A DNA stretch of 64,000 nucleotides from Verrucomicrobiota bacterium. Lineage in GTDB: Bacteria > Verrucomicrobiota > Verrucomicrobiia > Limisphaerales > AAA164-E04. The notes below the pieces were generated by a model. That model saw only the letters and a program-made list of their open reading frames with translations. It searched no databases and was not told the DNA's origin. The stretch spans positions 2,624,001-2,688,000 of the forward strand of contig CP170459.1 in NCBI GenBank assembly GCA_047947115.1, written 5' to 3'. Below are positions 49,542 through 59,642 of this stretch, in pieces. Position 1 is the stretch's first letter; every line of letters starts with the position of its first letter. Made by a program: the position numbers and the translations under genes.

Positions 49542-49597
49542 TCAGAATTAGAATACCTGTTCGGAATGTTACTATGGTTGGCTACCCTGTGAAAGTT

Positions 49598-50731
49598 TTA
49601 CTGAAACAACTGTGGCGCGAATGTGTTCAGATACTGCCGCCAGACAATCCAAGTGTGTGCGCCTTCGCCTTCTTCGTAGACGACGTCGAACTTGTGTTTT
49701 TTGAACATCTCCACAGTGGCGCGTGAGGTTTCCACCAGGAAGTCATCTTTGCCGGTGGCGAACCAGAATAGTTTTAGGCCGTTTTTAAGTTCCTTGTTGT
49801 CGAGGATTGACTTGTGACGTTCTTCAAATGAGGGCCCCTGTTGCGGGCGGTTGGGATTGGGGATGATTCCGAAGACGCCCGAACTGTAAACTCCAAGATA
49901 GGCAAACTTTTCAAGGTGCGGGATGCCGACATTCAATGTTTGTGCTCCTCCCATGGATAATCCTGCAATGGCGCGACTGTTTCGGTTTGTTTTTACGCGT
50001 TAGTTTTTCTCAATGTAGGGCATGACGTCGTTGACGAAATCCTGGGAAAATTCATCCGGTCCGCCGAACATGCGGGCGCCTTTGTGACCGGCGGGCATGA
50101 CGATGATCATGGGTTTGGCCTTTCCAGCGGCGATCAGGTTGTCGACGATGAAACCGGCGCGACCGACGGTAGACCAGGAATTGTCACAGTCACCAGCTCC
50201 ATGCAGCAAGTAGAAAACCGGGAATGTGCCTTCACCTTTCTGGTAACCCGGAGGAGTGTAAACATGCATGCGCCGAAACCGCTTGAGGGACGACGAGTGA
50301 TAGGTGATCTCTGCCACAGCTCCACGAGGCACATCCTGCGTGTCCATCCATTCAGATCCTTCAACCCCCACCAGACTCCAGGTGTTGTTGTTGGATTCAC
50401 TGGTTGACGGGTTGCGCGGGTTGATGACCGAAACACCGTCGACGTTGAAATTGTATCGATAGTAGCCCGGGGCGACGTCCAGAGTGGTCTCCCAGATGCC
50501 TTCATCATTTTTAGTCATGTCCGCTCCCCGACCTACGCCTGGAATGTCGCCCGCGGAAAGGCTGACTTCCTTTGCGTTGGGAGCCAGAATGCGGAAAGTG
50601 ACCTTGCCGTCATTGACTTCAGGGGAGGTGACTTGCGGTCCACGGCCAAAGCCTTGGGCTTCAATTTGAGTGTATGGTTGGAATGCTGCCAGCAGCGCGG
50701 CGGTCGCAATCATTGAGAAGATTCGTTTCAT
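49598..50731 (-). pseudogene. Secreted esterase (Ig/CBM48-like plus esterase domain) with an in-frame TAA
   Basis: VTFR..APNA..V, VYTPPGY, PVFYLLHG, RAIAGLSMGG, GAHTW..WR. Single stop at 50000-50002 (IEKN*RV). Confidence 0.85.
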
Positions 50732-51086
50732 TCTTGTTTTTTGAGTTGGATGGTTGTTTGTTGATGGAAAATTGATTTGGATGGATCTTAAGCCTGCTGC
50801 CATTAAATCTTGTACCACAAGACCAGTGAGGAGAAGAGCAACGGCCTGTAAATTACTATTGAATCAACGGAGTTTTGCAAAATTATACTCGCCCTGGTTG
50901 AAGGGCAAGGAGAATCATACCATTGCAGCTTGAAAGGGATTCCAAAGCATTGAGGTTTGAAGTGGGGGTAAGTCGGAGCTTACCCCTCCGGTTAAGGATT
51001 TCTAATTTTTGGACTGCGCCCTCTCCGCTGCAGAAAGAGAAATGTGGTTTGCAAGAACGGATCAAATTTTCTATTACTTATACTCA

Positions 51087-51593
51087 ATGAGTAGGTTGCA
51101 GTTGGTTTTGATTCTGGTGCTGTGGATGATTGGTTCACTGACGGGCTATGCTCAGGGGAGAATTCAGCTCAGCAACATTGGCAAGGCGCTTATCACTGTA
51201 GATGGAACTCCTGCTCCAGGTGGAACTCTGGTGCAATTAGCCACCGAGTCAGGTGATTTTGTCGGTCGGCAGGTAAAGGTATTAGAGGTAGGTTTTTTTG
51301 CTGCTGGAACCACAACACTTGAAGGTGTCGGTGGGCTTACTACATTGTTGCTGGCAGCCTCAGCTGATGAGGGGCATACCTGGTTTTATTCCGATCCCTT
51401 TGACGTGTTGTTGAACACTGGTCCGGTCCTTGGAGCTCCGGATGCAAGCATCCCAAGCACCTTTTCAGGCGTGAACATTGTCACCATTCCTGAACCCTCT
51501 TCGTTTGCGCTGCTTGGGGTAGGTGGGCTGACTGTCTTACTCTTTCGAAGAAAGTGTGTCGCTTTCCCATCCACCGCCAAGAGCTTTGATTAA
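51087..51593 (+). CDS. PEP-CTERM sorting domain protein
   Basis: Signal peptide; C-terminal IPEPSSFALLGVGGLTVLLFRRK. Confidence 0.9.
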   Translation: MSRLQLVLILVLWMIGSLTGYAQGRIQLSNIGKALITVDGTPAPGGTLVQLATESGDFVGRQVKVLEVGFFAAGTTTLEGVGGLTTLLLAASADEGHTWFYSDPFDVLLNTGPVLGAPDASIPSTFSGVNIVTIPEPSSFALLGVGGLTVLLFRRKCVAFPSTAKSFD

Positions 51594-52994
51594 TCCGATG
51601 TTGGCGATGTGATGTTGGGCCTGTGCCTGGGCTTGTCGTGTATCGGTTTGATGGCGGCCCGATTGTGCCTGGAGCCATTCCAGCTTGCTGATGGCACCGG
51701 CTTGGAACAGCTGTTGAGCTTTGGCTGCGGTGGCTTCGGCGGCATTTTTTGCTTCCCTGGCCTGCTGAGATTGGTCGGCTCGATATCGGATGTTGGAGAG
51801 GGAGGTTTCCACGTCTCGGATGCCGTTCAACACCGCCAGGCGATAGGTGGCGACCGCTTCTTCGCGTGCTGCGCGGACTTGTCTGGCTTTCTTTGAAATC
51901 AGGCCGATGCCGGTTAACGGCAGGCTGACACTCGGGCCGATGGACCAGGTGGAACTATCCGAGGAGAAAAGGCTGTTCATGTCCCGGCTCAGTTGTCCGC
52001 CCTGGCCTGTCAGGGTGACGCTTGGATAGTAGGCGGCCACAACCACTCCAAGTTCGGCATTGCGCGCTGCGACCAATCGTTCGGCTGCGGCTATGTCGGG
52101 GCGTCGCTCCAATAAATCCGCCGGTAATCCGGCAGGGATGACCGGGGGATGGGTTGTTGGTTGGGGCGTGTCGAATTGAAAAGAGTCTATACCTGCGGGT
52201 TCTCCGAGCAGCAGCGCGAGTGCGTGGGTGAGTTCTGCTCGTTGACGTTTGACTTCCGCGCGTGCTGCTTGTTGGGTGGTCAGGTTGATCTTGCTTTCGG
52301 ATAGCATTGCTTCCGAAATGGTCCCTGCTTCGAATCGTTGCTGATTCAGTTGGTGAGCGGTTTCCTGGTCGGCAACGATTTGTTCGAGGTTCGATTGTTG
52401 TGTGTCCAATGCTCGAAGCAGAAAATATTGGCTGGCAACGTCGGCTGTCAAGGTCAGGAGCACTTGTTGATAGTCCGCCGCACTTGCCTGAGTGGCGGCT
52501 TCGGCTGATTCCACCATGCGCCGAATTCTTCCCCATACGTCGATTTCATAAGTCATGTCCAGTCCGAGGTCGAATCGATGGATCCGGGTCGAGGGAATAT
52601 CAACAGGGACAGGCGTGGGCAGGTTGCCGGAGGTGCGTTGCCGATCATAGGCAGGATTCAACCTAATGTCCGGGAAAAGTGACGCCCAGGTTAATTGAGT
52701 CATGGCACGCGCCTGGTCCACTCGTGCGACGGCAGCTTGAAGTGTTGGATTTGCCTTCAAGGCGCGTTCTTCCAGTTCATTCAGGTTCGGATCGTTGAAG
52801 CATTGCCACCAATCGCCTTTCGGGAGATGGTCGCTAGGCTTGGCTTCCTGCCAGCTCCATTGTGCGGGGACCAGATCGCCCACATCCGGTTTGTGGTAAT
52901 CAGGTCCAACGGGTCTTATACATGCGGTCAGAAGAGTTGCGCACAGGATGAAAATGCTGCGGGTTGATTTCTGGATGATTGAAGGTTTGGACAT
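51537..52994 (-). CDS. Outer membrane efflux lipoprotein (NodT/OprM family)
   Basis: Lipobox LLTAC, VGPDY..P, WW..F.DP.L..L, P.DLLERRPDI.AAE, KALGGGW. Confidence 0.93.
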   Translation of the reverse strand: MSKPSIIQKSTRSIFILCATLLTACIRPVGPDYHKPDVGDLVPAQWSWQEAKPSDHLPKGDWWQCFNDPNLNELEERALKANPTLQAAVARVDQARAMTQLTWASLFPDIRLNPAYDRQRTSGNLPTPVPVDIPSTRIHRFDLGLDMTYEIDVWGRIRRMVESAEAATQASAADYQQVLLTLTADVASQYFLLRALDTQQSNLEQIVADQETAHQLNQQRFEAGTISEAMLSESKINLTTQQAARAEVKRQRAELTHALALLLGEPAGIDSFQFDTPQPTTHPPVIPAGLPADLLERRPDIAAAERLVAARNAELGVVVAAYYPSVTLTGQGGQLSRDMNSLFSSDSSTWSIGPSVSLPLTGIGLISKKARQVRAAREEAVATYRLAVLNGIRDVETSLSNIRYRADQSQQAREAKNAAEATAAKAQQLFQAGAISKLEWLQAQSGRHQTDTRQAQAQAQHHIANIGLIKALGGGWESDTLSSKE

Positions 52995-53006
52995 GGCGGC
53001 GTCGAG

Positions 53007-56000
53007 TTAGCGTTGCTGGATCTTCGAACCGGTTTCTTTGCGACGCCATTGAATCATGTCATCAAACAGCGTGTAGAAAACCGGAATCGCCAGCAAGGTG
53101 AGAAGGAGTGAAAGCATCTGACCGCCGACGATGACGCCTGCGGTGGCATTGTTGAATGCCGCTCCGACACCTTTGGCCAGCATCATGGGAATCATGCCCG
53201 CAACAAATGCCAGGGTGGTCATCAGGATAGGGCGGAGTCGCTCGCGATTGGCTCGCATGACCGCATCGTGTCGCGGTAGTCCCTCTTGACGAAGTTGGTT
53301 GGTGTGGCTGATTTGCAGTACACCGTTTTTCTTGACCATGCCGAAAAGGACGAGGATGCCGAGCATGGAGAAGATGTTGATCGATTGCCCAAACACGATC
53401 AGTGACAGGATGGCGAAGGGAAGAGTGAGCGGCAGTGAGAGCAGGATGGTAAATGGGTGCAGCCAGCTTTCAAACACGGCGGCCAGGATCAGATACATAA
53501 ACACCAAGGCCAGCACGAACGCGGTCATGAAGGCTTTGCCCGCTTTCTTCATTTCCTTCGTTCGACCAGTGATGCCGGTTGTGAAGCCTTTGGGGAGTCC
53601 CGCTGTTTCCACTGCCTGTTCGATGCCCTCAAGGATTTGCGTTTCACCATAGCCCGGCGCGTTGTTGGCGGTGATGGTGACTTGACGGCGTCGGTTGAGG
53701 CGATTGATTTGAGAGGGACCTTCCGCTTCCTCAAGCTCGACGATGTTCGGGAGCGCCACCGGGGGGCCAGCCATGGATGGAACGGAGAGTTTGGAGAGTA
53801 CTTCCTGATTGGAACGATCCGCTTTCAATGCGCGAACATGAATGTCGTACTGCTCTCCGCCTTCACTAAAAGAGGAAGCGGTGACCCCGCCGACCAAGAG
53901 TCGAAGCGTGGTGGAAAGATCAGCGACGTTGACGCCCAATAGTCCCGCCCGGCTGCGATCGATCCTGGCGAGGATTTCAGGTTTGCCGGATATCAAGGTG
54001 CTATCCAGGTCCCGGACACCAGGGATTTGTTTGGCTTCCTCCATGACGGCTTCCGTGGTGCGGGTGAGTTGATCCAGGTCCGGGCTGGCGATGTAGTACT
54101 GCACATTGGCTTCCGACATGCCCGAATTGAAAGGGGGCACTGAAAATACCGTGATACGCCATTCCTCCGGGTACTTGGGGACGATTTGCTGACGGACACG
54201 ATCCATGAGAATTTGCTGTGAGGCATCTCGCTCGTCAGGAGGTGTCAGGCGAACAAAGATGCCGGCTGCATTGACGGTTTGCTGAAGGTTGTCACCGATG
54301 GTGGTCAGGGTGGATAATACGCCGGGGAGTTTGCGAATATCCCGGGCAACGCGTTCGGCGAGCAGATCGGTTGCCTCCAGCGTGGATCCCTCCGGCGCAC
54401 GCAGGTTGATCACAAACTCAGCTTCCTCAACCGGGGGGAGAAAATCCTTTTTAACCCGCTGCATCAAGAAGGGCAGAGATCCGAGCAATGTCAGGCAAAC
54501 CGCCACGACCACCCAACGATGGTTCAGGGAGAATCCAAGCAGCTTCATGTACACTTGCTCAATGGGGCGGTAGACAAGATTGACCCCGTGTTCCAGGGCG
54601 CGATCCCAGGGGCCTGGTTTTTCGTGTCGATGAAACAGCTTTGCGGCGAGCGCCGGAGCCATGGTGAAACTGACCAGCATGGAAACGCCGATGGCAAACG
54701 CCATCGTCATCCCGAAGCTCCTGATAAACATTCCGACAATGCCTCCCAGAAATGCAATGGGAACAAACACGGCCAGAAGCGAAAGCGTGGTCCCCACCAC
54801 GGCCATTCCAATTTCCCGGGTGCCTTCAATGGCTGCCTGAAAGGCAGATTCGCCTTTTTCTTCCATGCGACGGAAGATGTTTTCCACGACGATAATGGCG
54901 TCGTCGATGACGATGCCGACCGCCAGAGCAAGGGCGATGAGGCTGATTTGATTGATCGTCAAGTTTTGCACCCACATCACCCCGAAGGCCGCAATGATGG
55001 AAGTGGGAATGGACAAGGAAGAGATGATGGTGGCGCGTGAATTGCCCAGAAACAACAACACGACCAACGAAGCGAAGATGGCTCCCAGAATCAAATGTTC
55101 TTTGACGGCATGGACACTGGTCCGGATCACACGGGAATAGTCTCGAACGACAGTTGTTTCATAGCCGTCAGGCAACAGGTCCTTGATTTCTTCCAGACGT
55201 TGCACCACGGCGTCGACGACCGCAATCGTGTTGGCTCCCGATTGCTTTCGGATGGAAAGTATGACGGATGGGATTCCATTTTGAGAGGCTGCTGTTCTTG
55301 GTTCCTCCTCGCCATCCACGACCTCGGCCACGTCTTCCAGTCGGATTAACCTTCCGGCTTGAGGACGGATTACAAGTTGTCTGAGTGCCTCGATGGATTC
55401 CACTTTTCCGACGACTCTCAATCCGGCTTCCATGGCCTGATCTTTGACGTTGCCCGCGGGGATCTGGATGTTTTGCGCTTTGATCGCCCGCATCGCATCG
55501 ATGGCGGTCAATCCGAACGACTGCAATCGCATGGGATCCAGTTGAACATTGATCTGGCGTTTGCGTCCCCCGACGATGCGGACCTGACCGACGCCAGACA
55601 CATTTTCCAATTGTCGCCTGAGAGTCTTGTCTGCGAACTCGGTGATCTCTTTGACGCTTGCATCGGCGGATATGGAAATATTGATGATGGGGGCGGCATC
55701 GGGGTCGAGTTTTTCAACGATGGGAGCGTCCACATCCTCCGGCAGATCGGGAATGATCCGGGTGATTTTTTCACGGACTTCCTGTGCGGCCACATCAATG
55801 TCCTTCTCCAGTAAAAACGTGACCAATACAAGGGATATGCTTTCACTGGATGTGGAGCGGATTTCGTCGATGTCACTGATGGTGTTGATGGCCTCTTCGA
55901 TCCTGTCGGTCACTTCCGTTTCAATTTCATTAGGTGTGGCCCCGATGAGGCTTGTGGTGATGGCGACGGTTGGGAAGTCGATTTTGGGGAACCGATCCAC

Positions 56001-56102
56001 CTGGAGTTGGGTGTAACCAAAGATGCCGACCACCACAAACACCAGCACTATCACACTGGCCAGCACGGGGCGACGCACGGAAATTTCGGATAACCACTGC
56101 AT
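53007..56102 (-). CDS. RND efflux permease (AcrB/MdtB family)
   Basis: 1031 aa; SVRRPV, GIVIDDAIIVVEN, VKKN, RLRPILMTT. Confidence 0.95.
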   Translation of the reverse strand: MQWLSEISVRRPVLASVIVLVFVVVGIFGYTQLQVDRFPKIDFPTVAITTSLIGATPNEIETEVTDRIEEAINTISDIDEIRSTSSESISLVLVTFLLEKDIDVAAQEVREKITRIIPDLPEDVDAPIVEKLDPDAAPIINISISADASVKEITEFADKTLRRQLENVSGVGQVRIVGGRKRQINVQLDPMRLQSFGLTAIDAMRAIKAQNIQIPAGNVKDQAMEAGLRVVGKVESIEALRQLVIRPQAGRLIRLEDVAEVVDGEEEPRTAASQNGIPSVILSIRKQSGANTIAVVDAVVQRLEEIKDLLPDGYETTVVRDYSRVIRTSVHAVKEHLILGAIFASLVVLLFLGNSRATIISSLSIPTSIIAAFGVMWVQNLTINQISLIALALAVGIVIDDAIIVVENIFRRMEEKGESAFQAAIEGTREIGMAVVGTTLSLLAVFVPIAFLGGIVGMFIRSFGMTMAFAIGVSMLVSFTMAPALAAKLFHRHEKPGPWDRALEHGVNLVYRPIEQVYMKLLGFSLNHRWVVVAVCLTLLGSLPFLMQRVKKDFLPPVEEAEFVINLRAPEGSTLEATDLLAERVARDIRKLPGVLSTLTTIGDNLQQTVNAAGIFVRLTPPDERDASQQILMDRVRQQIVPKYPEEWRITVFSVPPFNSGMSEANVQYYIASPDLDQLTRTTEAVMEEAKQIPGVRDLDSTLISGKPEILARIDRSRAGLLGVNVADLSTTLRLLVGGVTASSFSEGGEQYDIHVRALKADRSNQEVLSKLSVPSMAGPPVALPNIVELEEAEGPSQINRLNRRRQVTITANNAPGYGETQILEGIEQAVETAGLPKGFTTGITGRTKEMKKAGKAFMTAFVLALVFMYLILAAVFESWLHPFTILLSLPLTLPFAILSLIVFGQSINIFSMLGILVLFGMVKKNGVLQISHTNQLRQEGLPRHDAVMRANRERLRPILMTTLAFVAGMIPMMLAKGVGAAFNNATAGVIVGGQMLSLLLTLLAIPVFYTLFDDMIQWRRKETGSKIQQR

Positions 56103-56113
56103 GCTCGAATCAA

Positions 56114-57340
56114 TCAGGGTTGAGCGAGGCTGGCCTTCATGCCGTCCTTGGGTGGTAGATCGGATGTGATGATCACGGATTCACCCTCTTGAACCCCTTT
56201 GCGGATTTCGACCCATCCATCTGCCGCTACTCCCTTGTCAATCAGTCGTTCCTCTACTTCTCCATTCTTTAAAACAAATGCCGATGTGTTGGAACCATTT
56301 TTACGCAGAGCTTCGGTTGTTATGCACAATACATTCTGGTGGGGAAGCTGGATGTCTGCTTCGGCGAAATAGCCGGGTTTGAGGCGTTGATCGTCATTGT
56401 CAACAAGTGCTTCGACCACCAGATCCCGCGCAGTTGCTCTGAGAGCACCGCTAATGTAGGCGATGACTCCCGAAAATGTTTCGTCTTCAAAAAGGGCTGT
56501 TTTGAAATAAACCTTCTGTCCGGTGGTGATGAGTGAAGCGGCTGTTTCGGGAACGTTCAGGACGAGGCGCAACTTGGAAACTTCCACCAGATGAACCACC
56601 GGAGCAGGGGGCATCACAAACTCACCCGGTTGCACGAACCGTTCCACTACTTGACCCGAAAATGGCGCGCGAATCACTGAATCGTCGACCGCCTTGCGTG
56701 CCAGGTTTCGTTGTGCCACGGCTGAATCAAGTGCGGCTTGTCGGGCTACGCGTTCCGCCTTGAGTTTCTGAAATTCCGAATCCGATATGGCTTTGGATTT
56801 TGCAAGCGGCTCGAAACGCTCCAACTCGGTGGTGGCCAGAGCCAGCTGTGCTTCGGTGACGGCCACCATGGCCTCCGCCTCCCGGAGTGTGAGTGCCGCG
56901 TTGGTAACATCGACTTCCGCCAGGGGATCTCCTTGATCCACCTTGGAACCTCGTTCCACGTGCAGGGCCGAAATCTTTCCGCTTGTGTTGGCCGCTACTC
57001 TCGCTTCCAGGTTTCCTTGTAGTTGTCCGGTGACATGGAGGAAGCGTGGCATGGATTGGATGGATGACGGCATGACCGTTACTCTGAGAATACTCATGGA
57101 AACATCCTTTGACGGCGCTCCAGTTGCTTCCAAGTCCTCCTTGTTTCCTCCGCATCCGGTTCCGTTCAGCATCATCAACACCAACAACAACAGCCAAAAC
57201 AGCTCCAAGGCAAAGCACGTTTTGCGTCCGTTGTCGGTCGGATACGAGCTTGGTTGTGGTTGATCAGATGGTCGGTTCATGAGTGGGGCGAGCCTGTCAT
57301 CAAGGTCCATTGTTGTAACGTTGCTCCCCATTAGTGGCAT
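56114..57340 (-). CDS. RND periplasmic adaptor subunit
   Basis: Hydrophobic anchor, VERGSKV..GD.L, IRAPFSG, LKPG.FA. The true start may be downstream of 57340. Confidence 0.9.
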   Translation of the reverse strand: MPLMGSNVTTMDLDDRLAPLMNRPSDQPQPSSYPTDNGRKTCFALELFWLLLLVLMMLNGTGCGGNKEDLEATGAPSKDVSMSILRVTVMPSSIQSMPRFLHVTGQLQGNLEARVAANTSGKISALHVERGSKVDQGDPLAEVDVTNAALTLREAEAMVAVTEAQLALATTELERFEPLAKSKAISDSEFQKLKAERVARQAALDSAVAQRNLARKAVDDSVIRAPFSGQVVERFVQPGEFVMPPAPVVHLVEVSKLRLVLNVPETAASLITTGQKVYFKTALFEDETFSGVIAYISGALRATARDLVVEALVDNDDQRLKPGYFAEADIQLPHQNVLCITTEALRKNGSNTSAFVLKNGEVEERLIDKGVAADGWVEIRKGVQEGESVIITSDLPPKDGMKASLAQP

Positions 57341-57448
57341 GAGCTCTTGCTGGGTGGAAGTGAAAAATGCCTTAAGGAGGCTCTATTTAGATTAATTTTT
57401 TTTAATGTTTAATTTAGCCAAAGTTTAAGGTTGATGTGCGATAGTTGA

Positions 57449-58993
57449 ATGGTGACGGGAAACAATCGATCTCAATCAAGACCTTCAATGACCGGTGCGG
57501 CCGCCAATCCTGCTGTATCCGAACCTGCGGTTACTCGCTTGATAACACGGCGCGTGTTGTTTTTGAATGGCAATGAAACACAGCGGCCTTATCGGGTGGC
57601 ACCTCTGGGGATGGCTTTTGTTGCTTCCAGTGTGCGGGATTCTGGGAGAGAGGTTCGTTTCATGGATCAGTTGCAGGGTTTCATGGCTCTGCGACGGCTG
57701 GTTCGGGTCCTGCGTCGCTGGCGTCCGCAGGTGATCGGCCTGGGGATCAGGAACCTGGACAACTCCGATTATCACGCCTTTCATTCGTACCTGAGCCTGC
57801 CAGCCAGATTGGTTGCTCTCATTCGCCGGGAACTCCCTGAGGCAACGATCGTCCTGGGTGGTTCAGCCGGTACGGTGGATCCGGAACGTGTCTTGGATGC
57901 GGTTCCGGCGGATCACCTGATTCTCGGGGAAGGGGAAGAAGCCATGGTTCGCTTGCTGAAAGCCAAAGAACGAGGTGAAAAAGTGTCAAACGTGGTGGGG
58001 GATCCTGTCCTTGGCGGTCCGCATCGTGTTGTGGAAACGGAAAAACTGACCCCTCCCGGATTATATCAATGGACGCCTATGGCTTCCTATCTGAAAGGGG
58101 ATGCGGGTTACCCGGTGCAGACCAAGCGTGGGTGTCCGTTGAAGTGCTCCTATTGTACTTACGGTCGCATCGAAGGAAAACGTTACCGAAAATTGCACCC
58201 CGAAAGGGTCGCCGATGAAATCCAGGGAGCGATGGAACATGGCATTCGTGATTTTGAATTCGTGGACAGCACTTTCAATCTGCCTGTCAAACATGCGGTG
58301 GATGTGGTTGAAACTCTGCTCCGCCGGGGATTGACTGCTAATTATCACGGAACAGGCATCAATCCGTCCAAATTGCCGGACGAACTTCTGGAGGGAATGC
58401 GTCGGGCCGGGTTTCGTCAGGTCATCCTGACTGCCGAATCCGCGTCCAGCAGCATGTTGAAATCTTACGGCAAGAACTATACACTACCCGCACTCGTCAA
58501 CGCGGCGGATCAGTTGAGACGACATCGTCTTGGCGCACTGTGGGTGTTTCTTTTGGCTGGACCGGGTGAAACCGAAACCACCGTTGAGGAATCGCTATCC
58601 TTCATTGCCGAACACGTGCGTGCTCCCGATGCCGTCTATATCACTTCCGGTATTCGGATATACAAGGGCAGCCCCATGGCGGATGCATGGGAAGAAGGGC
58701 GTTTGGCTGCGGCAAGTTTAAGGACTTCAGCTGACAAGCATGCGACCTTCTATTATTCGGAACACACACAGCCTGATTGGTTGGAAGCCAGATTGAAAGC
58801 GTTTCAGCGTCAACATCCGCACGTCATGCTGTCCTGTGAAGGACATGGCTGGATGACGCAACTCGCTCTCAACATGCTTCCCTGGACCGGGCTCAAAAAA
58901 CCTTACTGGCAATACCTTGGCTGGCTGAATCGGTTGCGACGTCCCACTTCGTTTCTGCCTCCTTTCAGGCCCGCTTCTCAACCTGTCGGATGA
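57449..58993 (+). CDS. Cobalamin-binding radical SAM protein
   Basis: N-terminal B12-binding-like domain (PLGMAFVAS, GIRNLDN, IVLGGS, GEGE) and CxxxCxxC motif QTKRGCPLKCSYC; FVDSTFN, GPGET. Confidence 0.92.
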   Translation: MVTGNNRSQSRPSMTGAAANPAVSEPAVTRLITRRVLFLNGNETQRPYRVAPLGMAFVASSVRDSGREVRFMDQLQGFMALRRLVRVLRRWRPQVIGLGIRNLDNSDYHAFHSYLSLPARLVALIRRELPEATIVLGGSAGTVDPERVLDAVPADHLILGEGEEAMVRLLKAKERGEKVSNVVGDPVLGGPHRVVETEKLTPPGLYQWTPMASYLKGDAGYPVQTKRGCPLKCSYCTYGRIEGKRYRKLHPERVADEIQGAMEHGIRDFEFVDSTFNLPVKHAVDVVETLLRRGLTANYHGTGINPSKLPDELLEGMRRAGFRQVILTAESASSSMLKSYGKNYTLPALVNAADQLRRHRLGALWVFLLAGPGETETTVEESLSFIAEHVRAPDAVYITSGIRIYKGSPMADAWEEGRLAAASLRTSADKHATFYYSEHTQPDWLEARLKAFQRQHPHVMLSCEGHGWMTQLALNMLPWTGLKKPYWQYLGWLNRLRRPTSFLPPFRPASQPVG

Positions 58994-59015
58994 ATTTCAC
59001 TCCATTTAAACAACC

Positions 59016-59642
59016 ATGAAAAAAACTTTAGAAGTATCCTTATCCAAAAGACCGATTCTTGCTCTTGCCTTCATGCTGATTTTTACCGGCTGGAATGCCG
59101 TGAATCTCCGCGCAGAGGGTTCCATTGCATACAGGGGAGAATTGAAAGTGCGTTTTTTCGCGACCTCCACCTTGCATGATTTTGAAGGTGAAATCCCAAC
59201 GATCAAGCTGGAAGCCAGTCGCTTGGTCATGGATGCGCCGTCACCTGATGATCGATGGGAGGTGATCTCCAAGGTAGGGGTTAAGACTTTGACCACGCAC
59301 CATGAAAAGCGCGACGTCAAGATGCTGGAGATGTTCAAAGAAGATCGGTTTCCGGTTTTTCAGCTCCAGGTCAACGATCCCATCCAACCGTCAACGGATG
59401 ATGCCCCTGCCAGTATGCCTGTGATGGTGACGATACTGGGTAAGTCGGTGAAGGTGGAAGGACACATCAAAAATTGGTCCGATGCGGAAGGCAAGGTTTC
59501 ATTTCGATTGGAAACGGAACTGTCGCTAGGGGCATTCGGTCTGGAAAGGCCTGGAACGGCTTTTGGTTTGATTCGGGTCGGGGACAAAGTGCGTGTGGAA
59601 GCTGACGTTCATGTTGTCAGAAAGGAGGAGAGTCATGACTGA
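59016..59642 (+). CDS. YceI-family lipid/polyisoprenoid-binding protein, exported
   Basis: Signal peptide; STLHDFEG, L.T....RD..M, FGL..P....IRVGDKV.V. Confidence 0.8.
   Translation: MKKTLEVSLSKRPILALAFMLIFTGWNAVNLRAEGSIAYRGELKVRFFATSTLHDFEGEIPTIKLEASRLVMDAPSPDDRWEVISKVGVKTLTTHHEKRDVKMLEMFKEDRFPVFQLQVNDPIQPSTDDAPASMPVMVTILGKSVKVEGHIKNWSDAEGKVSFRLETELSLGAFGLERPGTAFGLIRVGDKVRVEADVHVVRKEESHD

Noticed and set aside
49074..50731. TAA stop-codon reassignment or programmed readthrough
   Set aside because: The two stops appear to replace different residues (Leu and Tyr), and TAA terminates ordinary genes here (rpsP, dksA, peroxiredoxin).
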